Shown here piece by piece: positions 22,301 to 35,469 of a stretch of 64,000 bases of DNA; position 1 is the stretch's first letter; each line of letters opens with the position of its first letter. A program made the translations under genes and the position numbers. The notes below the pieces were generated by a model. That model was not told the origin of the DNA. It did no database searches and saw nothing but the letters and a program-made list of their open reading frames with translations. This DNA is from Octopus bimaculoides (taxonomy: Eukaryota), in the NCBI RefSeq assembly GCF_001194135.2, contig NC_068988.1, positions 73,695,849-73,759,848 of the forward strand, in the 5' to 3' direction.

Positions 22301-23685
22301 TCATCATCATCATCATCGTTTAACGTCCGCTTTCCATGCTAGCATGGGTTGGACGATTTGACTGAGGACTGGTGAAACCGGATGGCAACACCAGGCTCCA
22401 ATCTAATTTGGCAGAGTTTCTACAGCTGGATGCCCTTCCTAACGCCAACCACTCAGAGAGTGTAGTGGGTGCTTTTACGTGTCACCCGCACGAAAACGGC
22501 CACGCTCGAAATGGTGTCTTTTATNNNNNNNNNNNNNNNNNNNNNNNNNNNNNNNNNNNNNNNNNNNNNNNNNNNNNNNNNNNNNNNNNNNNNNNNNNNN
22601 NNNNNNNNNNNNNNNNNNNNNNNNNNNNNNNNNNNNNNNNNNNNNNNNNNNNNNNNNNNNNNNNNNNNNNNNNNNNNNNNNNNNNNNNNNNNNNNNNNNN
22701 NNNNNNNNNNNNNNNNNNNNNNNNNNNNNNNNNNNNNNNNNNNNNNNNNNNNNNNNNNNNNNNNNNNNNNNNNNNNNNNNNNNNNNNNNNNNNNNNNNNN
22801 NNNNNNNNNNNNNNNNNNNNNNNNNNNNNNNNNNNNNNNNNNNNNNNNNNNNNNNNNNNNNNNNNNNNNNNNNNNNNNNNNNNNNNNNNNNNNNNNNNNN
22901 NNNNNNNNNNNNNNNNNNNNNNNNNNNNNNNNNNNNNNNNNNNNNNNNNNNNNNNNNNNNNNNNNNNNNNNNNNNNNNNNNNNNNNNNNNNNNNNNNNNN
23001 NNNNNNNNNNNNNNNNNNNNNNNNNNNNNNNNNNNNNNNNNNNNNNNNNNNNNNNNNNNNNNNNNNNNNNNNNNNNNNNNNNNNNNNNNNNNNNNNNNNN
23101 NNNNNNNNNNNNNNNNNNNNNNNNNNNNNNNNNNNNNNNNNNNNNNNNNNNNNNNNNNNNNNNNNNNNNNNNNNNNNNNNNNNNNNNNNNNNNNNNNNNN
23201 NNNNNNNNNNNNNNNNNNNNNNNNNNNNNNNNNNNNNNNNNNNNNNNNNNNNNNNNNNNNNNNNNNNNNNNNNNNNNNNNNNNNNNNNNNNNNNNNTTCT
23301 AATGTTCAGCTTTTCTCTCAAGATACTTACACTCTGACGGGTATTCACATTGACATTACACATCCAACGGAGCATACTGGCTTCATTCCTTGCAAGCTTA
23401 CGTATGTCCTCAGCAGTTACAGCCCATGTTTCACTGCCATGTAGCATGGCTGTTCGTACGCATGCGTCATACAGTCTGCCTTTTACTCTGAGTGAGAGTC
23501 CCTTTGTCGCCAGCAGGGGTAAGAGCTCTCTAAACTTTGCCCAGGCTATTCTTATTCTAGCAGCTACACTTTCAGCGCACCCACCCTCACTACTAACTTG
23601 GTCGCCCAGATAGCGGAAGCTATCGACTACCTCTAGTTTTTCACCCTGGAATGAGATAGAAGTTGAGTCATTCATTTCTATTTTT
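22301..23685 (-). mobile_element. RTE-clade LINE 3' part, same family as 19402-21371, opposite strand
   Basis: Open frame 23675 downward reads GEKLEVVDSFRYLGDQVSS...LHGSETW. (GAT)n tail at 22301; gap 22525-23296. Confidence 0.93.
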
Positions 23686-23699
23686 CCATGAAAATATAA

Positions 23700-25580
23700 C
23701 TAACCTTTTTCAAAACATTATATCAACAAAAATAGATATTGGTTCTGAAGCCAACTTCTCTGTCCTCTTCCTCTAGCACTATCCCTAGCTTCATCTCCAC
23801 TATGTCCACCACAAGATTCCCTACCATCCACCCCAACAATCCACTTCATTCTCCCCCTCTTAACACCAAACTTAATGCTATGTTCCATCTTCCACACCTG
23901 ACAAAATCATTTCATCCAATGATCTCATTAGATCCCAATTACTCTACAAAACCTACATTTAAAAAATCATATACCGACTTTCAAATGAAGGGAGAGAATT
24001 CGAGACTTCCAGCTGACATTAGAGCCCCTAAACAACAATACTTGTTTGAAAAAGTGAATAACATCACATCTAGCCAACTTGAAGCTACCATAAACACCTA
24101 TTGGATGAACATCAGCAAAGGCAGAGGATACATGGACACTATTAAATGCAGCTCCATCATAAGAAACAGTAAACTTCCTAAATGCATAAACCAGGACCAA
24201 CTTAAAAATTAGCCATACTGATTCTAGTATTAACAGATCTTCTATAAATTCTTTTGCCTCCTATCTAAAAATCTCAAACCACTACTTCAATGCTTCCCAG
24301 GAGATGTTGAAAGCTCCACCAAAGCCATCAACAAACTGAGAAATCTCAACCCTTCCATACTTAGAAAAAATAACTACCCTTATAGCTTAGATGTTGTTTT
24401 CCTATGCACTTCTAACACCCCCACCCCATTATTAGCTTACTAATCAAACAAATTGGCTCCTCTCACAACCTTAACTTGAGGGTCACCACTCCAGATAACA
24501 TTGAACTGTTAACTACTATAATGAACAACACTGTCTTCCAGTCTGTTTACAAATAAATCTTTAGATGCCAGTGGGGTCAAGCTTGTCAGGTCTACTAGCC
24601 ATCGCATACACGGACCAGTTAAAATGCAGGGTGCTTGATATTTGTCACTTCTGCACCTTTTTTCACTAAATATATAGATGACACTTTCATCATAAGACTC
24701 TCTTGCAAAGAGACCCTCAAATATACAAAATAAATAATATTGATGACTACATAAAATTTGAAGTGAAACACCCAAATAACACTGTTTCCTTATCACTGCT
24801 TGATTTCAGATCTTAAATGTGCATCACAATTCATCCCTACTCATGAGAGCCAAAACAACCTACATAAGAAATCAGATCCACAAGATATGCAATAAATGCA
24901 GTGAGGTAGAAAGCAAAAAGACCAGATCCATGCAATTCTAAAATGTCCTTAAGGAGAATGGTTATCCATGCTCTTTCACCAAATGCCAGGACATCATCAG
25001 ACCAACTAAGAAAATCCATACATCCATCCATGCTCTTTCAACAAATGCCAAGACATCATCAGACCAACTAAGAAAACCTATACATTCAATAATAACATAT
25101 GTATTTTTAAACTGTCACACTTTAATGGGAAAATAATGGCTGCAATTCACCAGGCAATCTGTAGACAAGATTGAATACACAGTTGGTACACCCTGTACCC
25201 TTTGTGAGGAGGTTTCTAACTAAAAATAGAGCAACACACAACAATGCCATATGCACATTGTCCAACTGCCCAATAAACAATGAAAATATATGTCTGCAGT
25301 CTTATGAGGTGTATAAAATCACATGTAGTATATACAATGAATCCTACATTAAAAATATTGTCAGACAAGTACACATCTGGGTTAAAGAATATTTCTATGC
25401 TAATGCTTCTTCTATCAAAAGTCTTCTACAAAAATAAATACCACACCCAAGATATCCAAGTTTTTGTTGGCTCCATGAAACACAAACTGGGAACTTAAGG
25501 ATAAAAGAAGCCATCATTATTAGCAAAACAAAACACCATATTAACAATGGAACCAACAGCACACTACCATGCATACACTA
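23700..25580 (+). mobile_element. Penelope-like element (RT plus GIY-YIG), decayed
   Basis: SLDVVFLCTS (~24385), KYIDDTF (~24670) and the GIY-YIG-like VYKITCSIYNESYI...R (~25300). A 60-bp tandem duplication lies at ~24960-25080. Confidence 0.78.
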
Positions 25581-26449
25581 CAGAGTAGGAAAGCTTTGAT
25601 TTCTTTTTCTTGAAGAGGTGTCTTAAGCTCAAATTATTGAAATGCAAGATAAAAGTACAAACTATTGACTTATCTTATTTTTATAACTCACATTACTTTG
25701 ATTTTTCAAAAGCATCAAAACATTTAAGACAGAAGGATGAAAGAGGGACAAACAGACAGAAAATGAAACAAAACCAGAGAAGTTGTTTGTAAGATATTTT
25801 GTTACATCATTTTATATACGTTTCATTGGCAAAAAATGATTAGCCACATAACATAAGTTACGTAATCAAAATGAATTGTCAAATCTTCAGCAATGTGTAA
25901 CCTTTATACATAACATTACTAGATTATTGAATTGTTGACAGAAATAGCTACACTGTCACTATCCCTACTATGATTATCTATAAGATAGTTATTTCTTTCA
26001 ACAATTCAATAATGTTACATATAAAGGTTAAACATCTCTGAAGATTTAACAATACGTTTTGATTATGTAATTTACATCATGTAACTAATAATAATTTGTT
26101 GTTAATGAAATGTATATAATTTTCCATATGTACTCTGTTATGCCTGAACTCTAGGTTCATACTAAATGTTACCAGTACAATAATATATATGAATATATGT
26201 GGAGTTTTAAATATTGGTTATTTGTCATGTAATTTAAGTTTTAAACTGCACAGCATGTATATATAACTAAATACACACACTCACACACACACACCACACA
26301 CATACATTTATTGATGTAAGATATGTGTTGCTTCTTATTCCTACATTTACATTTAAAAATAGTTTGGCTGTGGTATCCTTGGGTTGCAACTATTATTTCC
26401 TATTTGCTTACCCCTAGAAAATATGAAAAATGGCTAATCTTTGCTTCAA

Positions 26450-26612
26450 ACCCCCAAAACATTCCTTTCAACACACAGCTATGATGCTCCCCTATTACTT
26501 CTGCTCATGATCATTGATGCACATATTGTCAGCCACTGAGGGACATGCTCAAGTGGTTATAATCAAGCAACTGACAAGCAAATCTGTGGTATTGAGCAGA
26601 ATATTTGCTATA
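26450..26612 (-). mobile_element. Family T repeat, internal fragment
   Basis: Matches 4480-4640 (atgcacatattgtcagccact...aaatctgtggtattgag). Confidence 0.75.
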
Positions 26613-27797
26613 ACAATATTACTGCTTCAGCAGTAATATTACAATTCAGTGCTGAATCTATCTGAAATGTAATGGAAAATAGGTCAGTTTCAAAACATTG
26701 ATATCCAGGTTACAAAAGCAAAGTTTTAAGGAAATAGTAGTCTTTTCTTTTGAGTTCTCAATAGAAGCAAATAGGAAATAACACTTACTGACTAAAAACA
26801 AAAAAAATTGCTACACTGTTGCATTATATTTTCCTAATAATATTGCTTAGATAGCTATTTTACTTTATAAGGAGTATTCTATATAAAACAGCTGTATTTT
26901 ACAACAAATGCTTTTCTACCCAGCTAAGTTTTATGCAATATAAGAGGTTTCAATGGCTCGCATAGATCACTGGGTTAATTAATAGTTATTTAAATAATTT
27001 ACGTCAAACTATAAAACAACACAAATAAATTCAACCCAAAGAATAAATCAGATACAATACTGAATAAAAGTAATAAAGTTACACATAAAGTGAAATGCAA
27101 ACTAAATGTACCATCTACAGAATGCATGAGTAAGGACGTTTCCATGCAACCCTTTAGCCTGCTAGAAACAGTAGATAAATATTCCACAAATTTCTGCCTA
27201 CCCTCATAAAATAGTTGAATACACTAGATATAATATATGGGATGGCTACAGCTAAAAGGTAGGTCAGCTGATAAGGATCTGTTAGAGAAATCCATAGCAG
27301 CTGAATATGAGTACACCATGAAATAAAGTACCGAGTATGGAAACAATATGAAGTGCTGACTATGATGAAATAAGAAACAATTACTTCAAAAGATAAATAT
27401 ATTTCCAGAACTTAAGCACATTTATACAGATAACACAAACATAAACAATTCATAACAGATATTTCCTTTCTTGCATTCATAGACCTGAGTTAATTGAAAC
27501 TCATAAAATACACAGCAACAACAAAACCAATTTCACCACGCATACAACACTGCAAATCTAAACATAGTGAAATACAACACCAATAGCCAAAAAGATACTT
27601 CTATGAAACTAAAGAATTTTTCCATCACACATGACATTCAGGTTGCTATTAGAAAACAAAATTACATGTATCCAGAAAGTTTGCTGCAGGAAAATTCGCC
27701 TCAGGATTTTTGGCCATAGGAAAGTTCACCATATAGGAAATTTTGCTGCAAGACAAAAGATGAATTGCTCCCCTTGGTATATAATCATTTCAACCAA

Positions 27798-29656
27798 TCT
27801 TAATATATAAAGCTGAAGTTGTGTGTCTATGTGAAGCCTTTTTAAAAGTTTATAGAAATCTACATTTTCCACTTTTTCGTAAAATTTTTTACATCAATGG
27901 AATTTTCTCGATGTGAACTTTCCAGTGCAGTAATTAGATTTTTTAAATTCCGTTTACTTTGTGTGATTTAAGGGAGATTTAGCTGTTGTTTCTAGCAACT
28001 TTTATATTTCTTCCCTTCTACCTGGAACAGCATTCTTACACACGCGCTCAACTGAGAGAGAAAGTGATACATACAACGTCATAGATTAAACTTTCTTCTC
28101 AGTATTCTTTACCTATTTTTCATAACATTGATACGGAANNNNNNNNNNNNNNNNNNNNNNNNNNNNNNNNNNNNNNNNNNNNNNNNNNNNNNNNNNNNNN
28201 NNNNNNNNNNNNNNNNNNNNNNNNNNNNNNNNNNNNNNNNNNNNNNNNNNNNNNNNNNNNNNNNNNNNNNNNNNNNNNNNNNNNNNNNNNNNNNNNNNNN
28301 NNNNNNNNNNNNNNNNNNNNNNNNNNNNNNNNNNNNNNNNNNNNNNNNNNNNNNNNNNNNNNNNNNNNNNNNNNNNNNNNNNNNNNNNNNNNNNNNNNNN
28401 NNNNNNNNNNNNNNNNNNNNNNNNNNNNNNGGTGGGGGACAATTTTCGGAAATTCCACTTAAATTCTTCTTAACTTCCAGGAAAATGAATATTTTTTCGT
28501 GAAATTTTCTACAAATATACCTTGATATATGTACATTTCGAGCATGTAGGAAATTTGAAGGAAACAACTGCAGGTTATTTTTGAGAAGTGTTCCCCACTC
28601 GGTGGTGTTTTGGAGCAAGTCGTCCATATTTGTTTCATTTTTCTCTATTATGCGCGTATGTGCATCTGTAGATTTCTAATGAAGTAATAGGCGGTGAAGA
28701 GAAGCCGTCATAAGAAAAATTTTAACTACCTCTATTCCTTTCTCCCCCTCTCTCTACCTCTTCCTTTCTCGCTCTCTCAAACACATACACGTGCAAGTAC
28801 ACAATCATTCAGTAAAATAGAACTTATGTTCATCAATGTTTTGTAAATATACCACGATTTTCACTAGGGTGTTAGGGTTGGGGTTAGGGTCTAGGGTTAG
28901 GATTAGTGTTACGGTTACGGTTTAAGGGTCAGGGTTAGGGTTTAGGGTTTAGGATCAATGTTACGTTTCCGGTTTTAGGGTCAGGGTTAGGGTTTTAGGT
29001 TAATGTTAGGGTTAGTATTAGGATTAGGTTTAGGATTAGGGCTGGGTAATTGTGCGGGTGTTAATCTGAAAAATTACAGATATGTGAAAAGTACCGACCC
29101 TGCTACCTATTATGACTTTTGTTGTTCTGTTTAATATATACATAGATTATGCCTCCAAAGAAGAGAGTTTGCTGGGGAAAGAAAGCAACCGGTTTAAAAT
29201 GACAGCAACAGACTGCAGCAATTCACCACATTCCAGAAACTACTTCGAACATAATGCAAAATGGTGCATCAACATCTTCTGCCCAATCTGATAGAATTCT
29301 GGCAAAACTGTGTAGCAACAGATCGCCAGCAATTGCTTCATCACAAATTGCCGTCCTAGCTCCTGCGAAAAGGGATTACCCTGCTATGTATAATCAGGGC
29401 AGCGCAAAAAGTTGTTTTGCACAAGCATTTCTATAGCCAATTAGATGGATGAAATTTACGTATGCTTAATAATGTTACGCAAAACAGCCTTCGGACCTTC
29501 CCTATTAATTTCATCGTCTTCTGAATTATGAACATATTTACATCATAAGGGTTTTTTCTTTGTAAGGCTTTCTTTTTTAGCTGATTTTCACCTAGCAAGA
29601 CTTATCGTAGATGGCGTAATAAGTCACACCCGAACAAGGTCGGGTTATACTGCTAG
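27798..29656 (+). mobile_element. Non-autonomous Helitron inserted in the MULE left TIR
   Basis: A|TCTTAATATATAAAG...CTAG|T, with hairpin acccga-acaagg-tcgggt at 29628-29645. Removing it restores continuity with the right TIR. Confidence 0.88.
28863..29045 (+). repeat. Degenerate telomere-like (TTAGGG-type) array inside the Helitron
   Basis: About 28 variant units such as ttaggg, tcaggg, ttagga and ttacgg. Confidence 0.85.
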
Positions 29657-32142
29657 TAAGGGATAAAATAATTTCTTAACTCATTTAAAATTTCTTTATT
29701 CATTCAACAATATTTTTTTGTGTAGCAAAATTGTTTGTGGCAAACTTTCAGGATATGATATCATCATCATCATCATGATACAATAACTATCTATCTTTAT
29801 ATATGTATGTGTGTGTGTGTNNNNNNNNNNNNNNNNNNNGGGGGGGGTTCTAGGTGATTGAATCAAGTCTAGCACTTATTTGAATCTGGTACTAATTATA
29901 TTATTGATCTTAATTTAACAAACCACTCAGTTGTGAGATGGAATGAAACAATATAAACAATAGATGCAGATGCACACGAGTAAGTACACATACACTCACT
30001 ATAGTTATGTATATATTTAACATGTCTTTTTTCAGAGTTAAACATTAGAAAATAAATAAAAATGTATAAATTTATTTTAAAATATATGAAACTCTTAAAA
30101 TTGACAAAAAGTCATTTAAAATGTATGCAAATCTAACCAATGCTTCATAAATAAAGTGCTTTCTGCATCGGACTGTAATGAAGCATTTTTTGCTGAAGTC
30201 TTTCATTGATATCAATACATATTTTCTTCATTAAGACTGCATCTCCTTGATCTAAATCACTCTTTTTCGCTAATGTCTCTTCCTTTTTAAATTCGTAATA
30301 AGTTTCCACAAATTTGGGTGCATATTAGTAATGGAGATTTGCATTGCATTGTGGAACCCTTCTATGCTATTGTTTGTTCTCATCATATTATTCTAGGTTC
30401 TTTCAAAAACATTCCACAATTCAATAGGAAAAGTTGGCTACATTCTTCATCTTTGCTCACCTTGACCTAGTTTTCCTCCTATATAGTGAGCTTCAAAATA
30501 TGATACAAATTCTTGGGGCAAATCCTCATCATCAGTTAGTTCAAGAAAACCATCAATAACATCCTGCACTGGAAGAAATGCTAATGCAGTGAAGCATTTG
30601 ATTTTGTTGTTAAATCCTGTATCTGTTTGATAGTGAGAATTTAAACCTAAATCCACAATGTGGTGATAGATATTCTTAACCATATGAAATAAACAACCTG
30701 TAATATTTGTTGTTGGAAATATATCACAAAAAGCATTGATAGTTGCTTTCTCGAAATCAACCATTAAGGTTTCAGGCTCTAATGATGGGTGTAAGTCATT
30801 CAAAGTGCTAAAAAGTCTTCTGTACTTTGTGATTTACTAGGTAGCAAAACAAAAAGACGAATTATGCTAATATTTTGTATAACAATATCTAATGTGAACA
30901 ACTGATAATATATATCTCCAAGCCCAATCCTTATTATTCTCAGGGACATCTAAGAACCCAGCTTGTGTGCAAAACGCTCAAATTCTCTCTGGATTACCTT
31001 CACCACTATCATATAATAAAAACTTCTCACCATTTTCAAGAAATCTATATTCTTCAGGTATTATATACCCACTTCTTCTGGTTGAGATCAGGGAGCTTGG
31101 TTTTTCGTTTGCTTCCAACCTCTAATATTGCAAGATAATTGCAATGACATCAGCATCAGTGACAACGCATTATCATCTGAACTAGATGAAATTTCTGCAA
31201 TTAATGGACTGTGCAGAAGTTTGTGAATTAGTGGCTGGTGATTTCAATTTTGTTTTTGCAATGGAAACTTTTGGTTTTGAAGGATGAGAAGGATGGCAAT
31301 GTTCGCTGAATGTTTTACATATTGATAAATTATTTTCCAGCACTCTTGCTTTACATTTTCTATTTTCACATTTCTAATGTTTTTTCACTGTATTTTCTAT
31401 CTATCCTATAAACAAAGTTAAGATCATCAACTAATTTTACACCGCCTCTGATAGTTCCCACTTGATAGACCATTGTAATGGGTTGGCTGCACCAAAAAAT
31501 ACTGTCAAGTGAATAAAGAAATTTTAAATGAGTTAAGAAATTACATTACCCACTTCTTATTGGTTGAAACAATTATATACCAAGGGGAGCAATTCATCTT
31601 TTGTCTTGTGGCAAACTTTCCTATGGCCAAAAATCCTGCGGCAAACTTTCTTAGAACCAAAATTACAAACCCAACACAGAAGCCCTCATATCTAAAATAA
31701 CAATTTGATAAGATAGCCCAAGCCATGGAGAAGGCCTCATAATGTATATAAAAATCATGCATTTCAGTACGATAGATATCATAAATTAAACTCAACTGAT
31801 ACCATGGCATAATACACGTTAAAAATGCAAAAGCCAACAATAAATTTAAGAAGCAAATAATCTGAAACTCCTTTCTACAATTAACAACTTAATAAAACTG
31901 GTATATGCTGACAGCAAACAACACTACGTGTATTAACATAATAAACATATATATGCCAGCTCTAATCCCACCAGGTTACTCATCCCGTACACAACAGCTC
32001 AACTCACACCAAAATACTATCAGTGGTGGAAATTTCAATGTACAAATCCAGGTACAAAAACGATAACATAAGGGGTGACTACTTTGTAATTCTACATATT
32101 TGGTATCAATTGATAGGCGAATTCTCTCCCTTATTAAAACAG

Positions 32143-32456
32143 ATTTATTATTTTTTTATGCACCCTTCCGAAGCTTAGCCAGGCTCATGGACCCGGTTTC
32201 TATGGCGTACGTGCCCCCACCACCCAGCTGGACTGGACACCAGTCTATCGCAGCGTTACTCAAGAAACAGGAAGAAAGAGTGAGAGAAAGTTGTGGCAAA
32301 AGAGTACAACAGGGGTCGCCACCACCCCCTGCCGGAGCTTCGTGGAGCTTTAGATGTCTTTGCTCAATAAACACACACAACGCCTGGTCTGGGAATCGAA
32401 ACCGCAATCCTCTGACCGCGAGTCCGCTGCCCTAACCACTGGGCCATTGCGCCTCC
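32143..32456 (-). mobile_element. tRNA-derived SINE family B (V-domain-like), well preserved
   Basis: Minus-strand head tggcccagtggttagggc...gcggtttcgattccc, central gctgcgatagactggtgtccagtccag, and an A-rich tail. CpGs are retained. Confidence 0.85.
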
Positions 32457-33249
32457 AATTAAAACAGATAATGCCATAAAATTTATTCAATGGAAGAAGA
32501 TGCAGTAAATGCTTTCTATCACTATTATTATTATTCAATATAACAAATATGGAGAAAGTTCTAACCTAGAACAACTTACCACCATTCCTTCTCAATTGGT
32601 GTCTGCATCTTCTAAATTCAAACACTGTGCATGAACATTTGGAAAATTTCTTGCTAGTATTCCAGATCTCATGAGTTTCATGATGCATTAGAATTTACTG
32701 CAGATTGTGGCAAAGAAATATTTTCTAAAGGACATTTAGATTAAACCAGTTAATAAGGTTTTGTGAAACATCAACTTTATATATAATTTGCAAGCAACAG
32801 CAAATAGAATCCATAAATCAATTTCAAAAAATGTCATCATTACAGTATATTTCAGAAATATCATTGGGTATAAGGTTCCAACTACTTAAAAACAAAATGC
32901 TTGACTTAGAAATAGTAGAATAAAAAGCCAGAATATAAAATTAGCTCAAAAGCTAGCATTCATAACAATATTTTTATAAATACTACTACAGTTATAAAGG
33001 AGCATATCAAACAAATTATTTCAGCAGTTGCTTCTCCAAAGTGTTTTTATGGAGAGTATACATACAAACACAGAAAATATCTATCAAGAGATGCCATATG
33101 CTACAAGGTTGAGAAAAAAATATTTCAGGTGTGTAAATCAGATAGCCAATAGCCTAAATATTAATTTCTTCACATTTATCAAATTCTTTAAATTTAACAA
33201 AGCATTGTTTCTCTTAAGAGTTCATTTCCCTTGTTAATGTTAAGAAACC

Positions 33250-34930
33250 ATTGTTTGACAATAAACCATTCAGAAAAAATATTTCAAAACCACAGGATTT
33301 GTGAAGTTGACATACTATATGTTGGACAATTATATAAACAGTAGTCACTGCTGAAATCTAATACTTGGCCAGGAGTTCATGTCTCAAAAACTTTCAGTTA
33401 GATTTAGTTCAATGGCTTTGAAGATTCCTAGTGTTGACAAATTTTACTTGCCAGAAGATTCAACTAGTCCGTTAAATGATGATGATACTAGTTGAATCTT
33501 CTGGCAAGTAAAATTTGTCAACACTAGGAATCTTCAAAGCCACTGAATTTAAATCTAACTGAAAGATTTTGAGACATGAACTCCTGGCCAAGTATTAGAT
33601 TTCTGCAGTGACTACTGTTTATATAACTGTCCAAATTATTCACTAATTTGATACAAATGCCAAACCTATTGTTATAATAGCTCAAAGGAATTCTATGGAC
33701 AAGTAAACTTTCATCAGAAAAGAGGTAAACTACTTATTTGAAGTTTTCATAGAATCAAATAATTCTCCAAGAAGAGCCCAAGTTGTTGTAATGAAAAATG
33801 AAAATTGCAAAAAAATAATTTGTTACTGATTTTTTAACCAGTGTCAACACTTAATGTATTTTTATTGTCTATTACTGATGAGTTACTATATTGCAACATT
33901 TTTATTTTCCCATAGTTGACATGAAACGTGTCTATAGCTACCAGATCACCCTTACATTGCTTTACAAGGTTTGAGACAATTGTATCACTATACAATGTAT
34001 GCATTTGGCCTTATTAACAGAGTAGCATGTTTTCAACAAGTGATAAACCAGATTATCTCACAGAATAATCTTACATCTACTTATTTGAATTTACATGACA
34101 TTATTCATCATCCTCATTTTACGTTTGTTTTTACATGCAGCATGGATAGAACAAATTATTGTATATAATAATTCCATTAGAAACCAATATAACTATCTAG
34201 CAAACAACGCATTTCAGTTTCCTCTGTTATTTCATTCAAGACTACAAAATAACACCTGTTCCTCATAGAGTTTCTACTTAAATTGCCCTTAATTACTAGT
34301 TCTAAATAGGAACTTGTAAAACGTCATTGGGTTGCTAGTTCATTACAATAAATAGAGGAGGCATTTTTCTGAGAAAGTAAAACCCATAAAGAAATGTATC
34401 ATTTTTCCTATTCTTTAAGAAGCAGTTACTGCTTTCAAAACTACTAAAATCGATGAAGAAAATGCTTACCATCATGCTCATGACAATTCCATTTGCTGTT
34501 AAGATCAAAGCAACAAACATTGTTTTTGCCACACATTACCACCCACTCTTTGCAAAAGTAAACTGTAGGATTCTTCTATTGAAAAAGAACCCGCTGTAAT
34601 TGTTGAGTGCATATGTAAATGGCAACACACCCAAATTTTGGAGACTAAAAAAGCATACAATTTGAGTTTGACGAATTGCATAAACACAAAATAAAGACTC
34701 ACAAGATATTATACTGGAGGGTCAAACTTTCTCATATAATTTTGACATTTTCTGCAGATGAGGGAAAGAGAAGGTGTAAACTGATGTCGTGTAAAATGTG
34801 CTGTTCAACTCAACCAGTCTGAAAATTTCTTCAGTGCATTCCTGATAAACTATGCCAACTACATGTGAGAAGATTGTTGCATTATGTAAAAGCAAAAAAA
34901 CTTCCATTCTCTAAGGATGCTTTTCAAATC
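33250..34930 (+). mobile_element. Old Ty3/Gypsy pol relic (protease end, RT, RNase H)
   Basis: LILGQEFMSQ, NNSPRRAQVVVMKNE, FGLINRVACFQQVI, SSIEKEPAVIVECICKWQH and KIKTHKILYWR. Confidence 0.7.
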
Positions 34931-35469
34931 TGTTAAAACTAATTAATATGCTGCAAATTAAAACCTAAAATTTACAATCCTACAGATTGTAAGCAGCCAG
35001 TATCTCAAAATGAACAACTCTCGAATTGGAACACCCAGTGTTATCCAGTGACAGAAGAGCTGTTTACACCTAACCCAGTAAGAAATTTTCTAAATCAACA
35101 AAGAATTGTACAAAGTAGAAGCATTATTTGCAATATTAGAGGAAACGGAAATACAGAAAAAAAAAAAACACTTAGACTATGGTTAGTACTGTTAGTTTTT
35201 AAAGTAACAAAAATTTTCCTGAAACTTGTCTGAAAATAGTTTAAGAGCACCTAATCCAATTTTTGTTTTCTGCTCTCAACCATTGAGACTACTCATGGCT
35301 GTTTTAACATTTTCTAGCTGACATTTCTCTACCTTCTAGTTAACTTAAACAAGCCTGTTCTCATTAAAAATAAAAAAAGCACAATCATGCAAAAACAACC
35401 CTTTAGTACAAAAAACTGAACTGCTGGAATGTAACAACAAATTTGCCTGTTTGGAAAAATAATGAATTA

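Larger units (their letters stand above)
27667..31658 (-). mobile_element. Mutator/MULE DNA transposon with long TIRs and 9-bp TSD, transposase decayed
   Basis: TSD aaaattaca at 27658-27666 and 31659-31667. The left TIR (27667-27797 plus 29657-~29727) matches the right TIR (~31486-31658). The transposase reads VDFEKATINAF...GCLFH, then FPIELWNVF and RTNNSIEGFHN. Confidence 0.9.

Noticed and set aside
20437-23675. Long ORFs of 195-384 aa in the ORF track (also at 5.3-6.1 kb and 28.1-28.6 kb)
   Set aside because: Their length comes from translating N gaps as X.
32340-32456. tRNA-like sequences here and at 60777, 60340, 62110 and the SINE A heads
   Set aside because: They are SINE heads continuing into core and tail sequence, with no complete cloverleaf.
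32580-32697. Strong minus-strand donor gtaagt at 32579 inside the long MPC1 intron; a possible 45-nt in-frame cassette
   Set aside because: The better acceptors give stops, the in-frame one lacks a polypyrimidine tract, and 15 extra residues would disrupt a conserved transmembrane junction.
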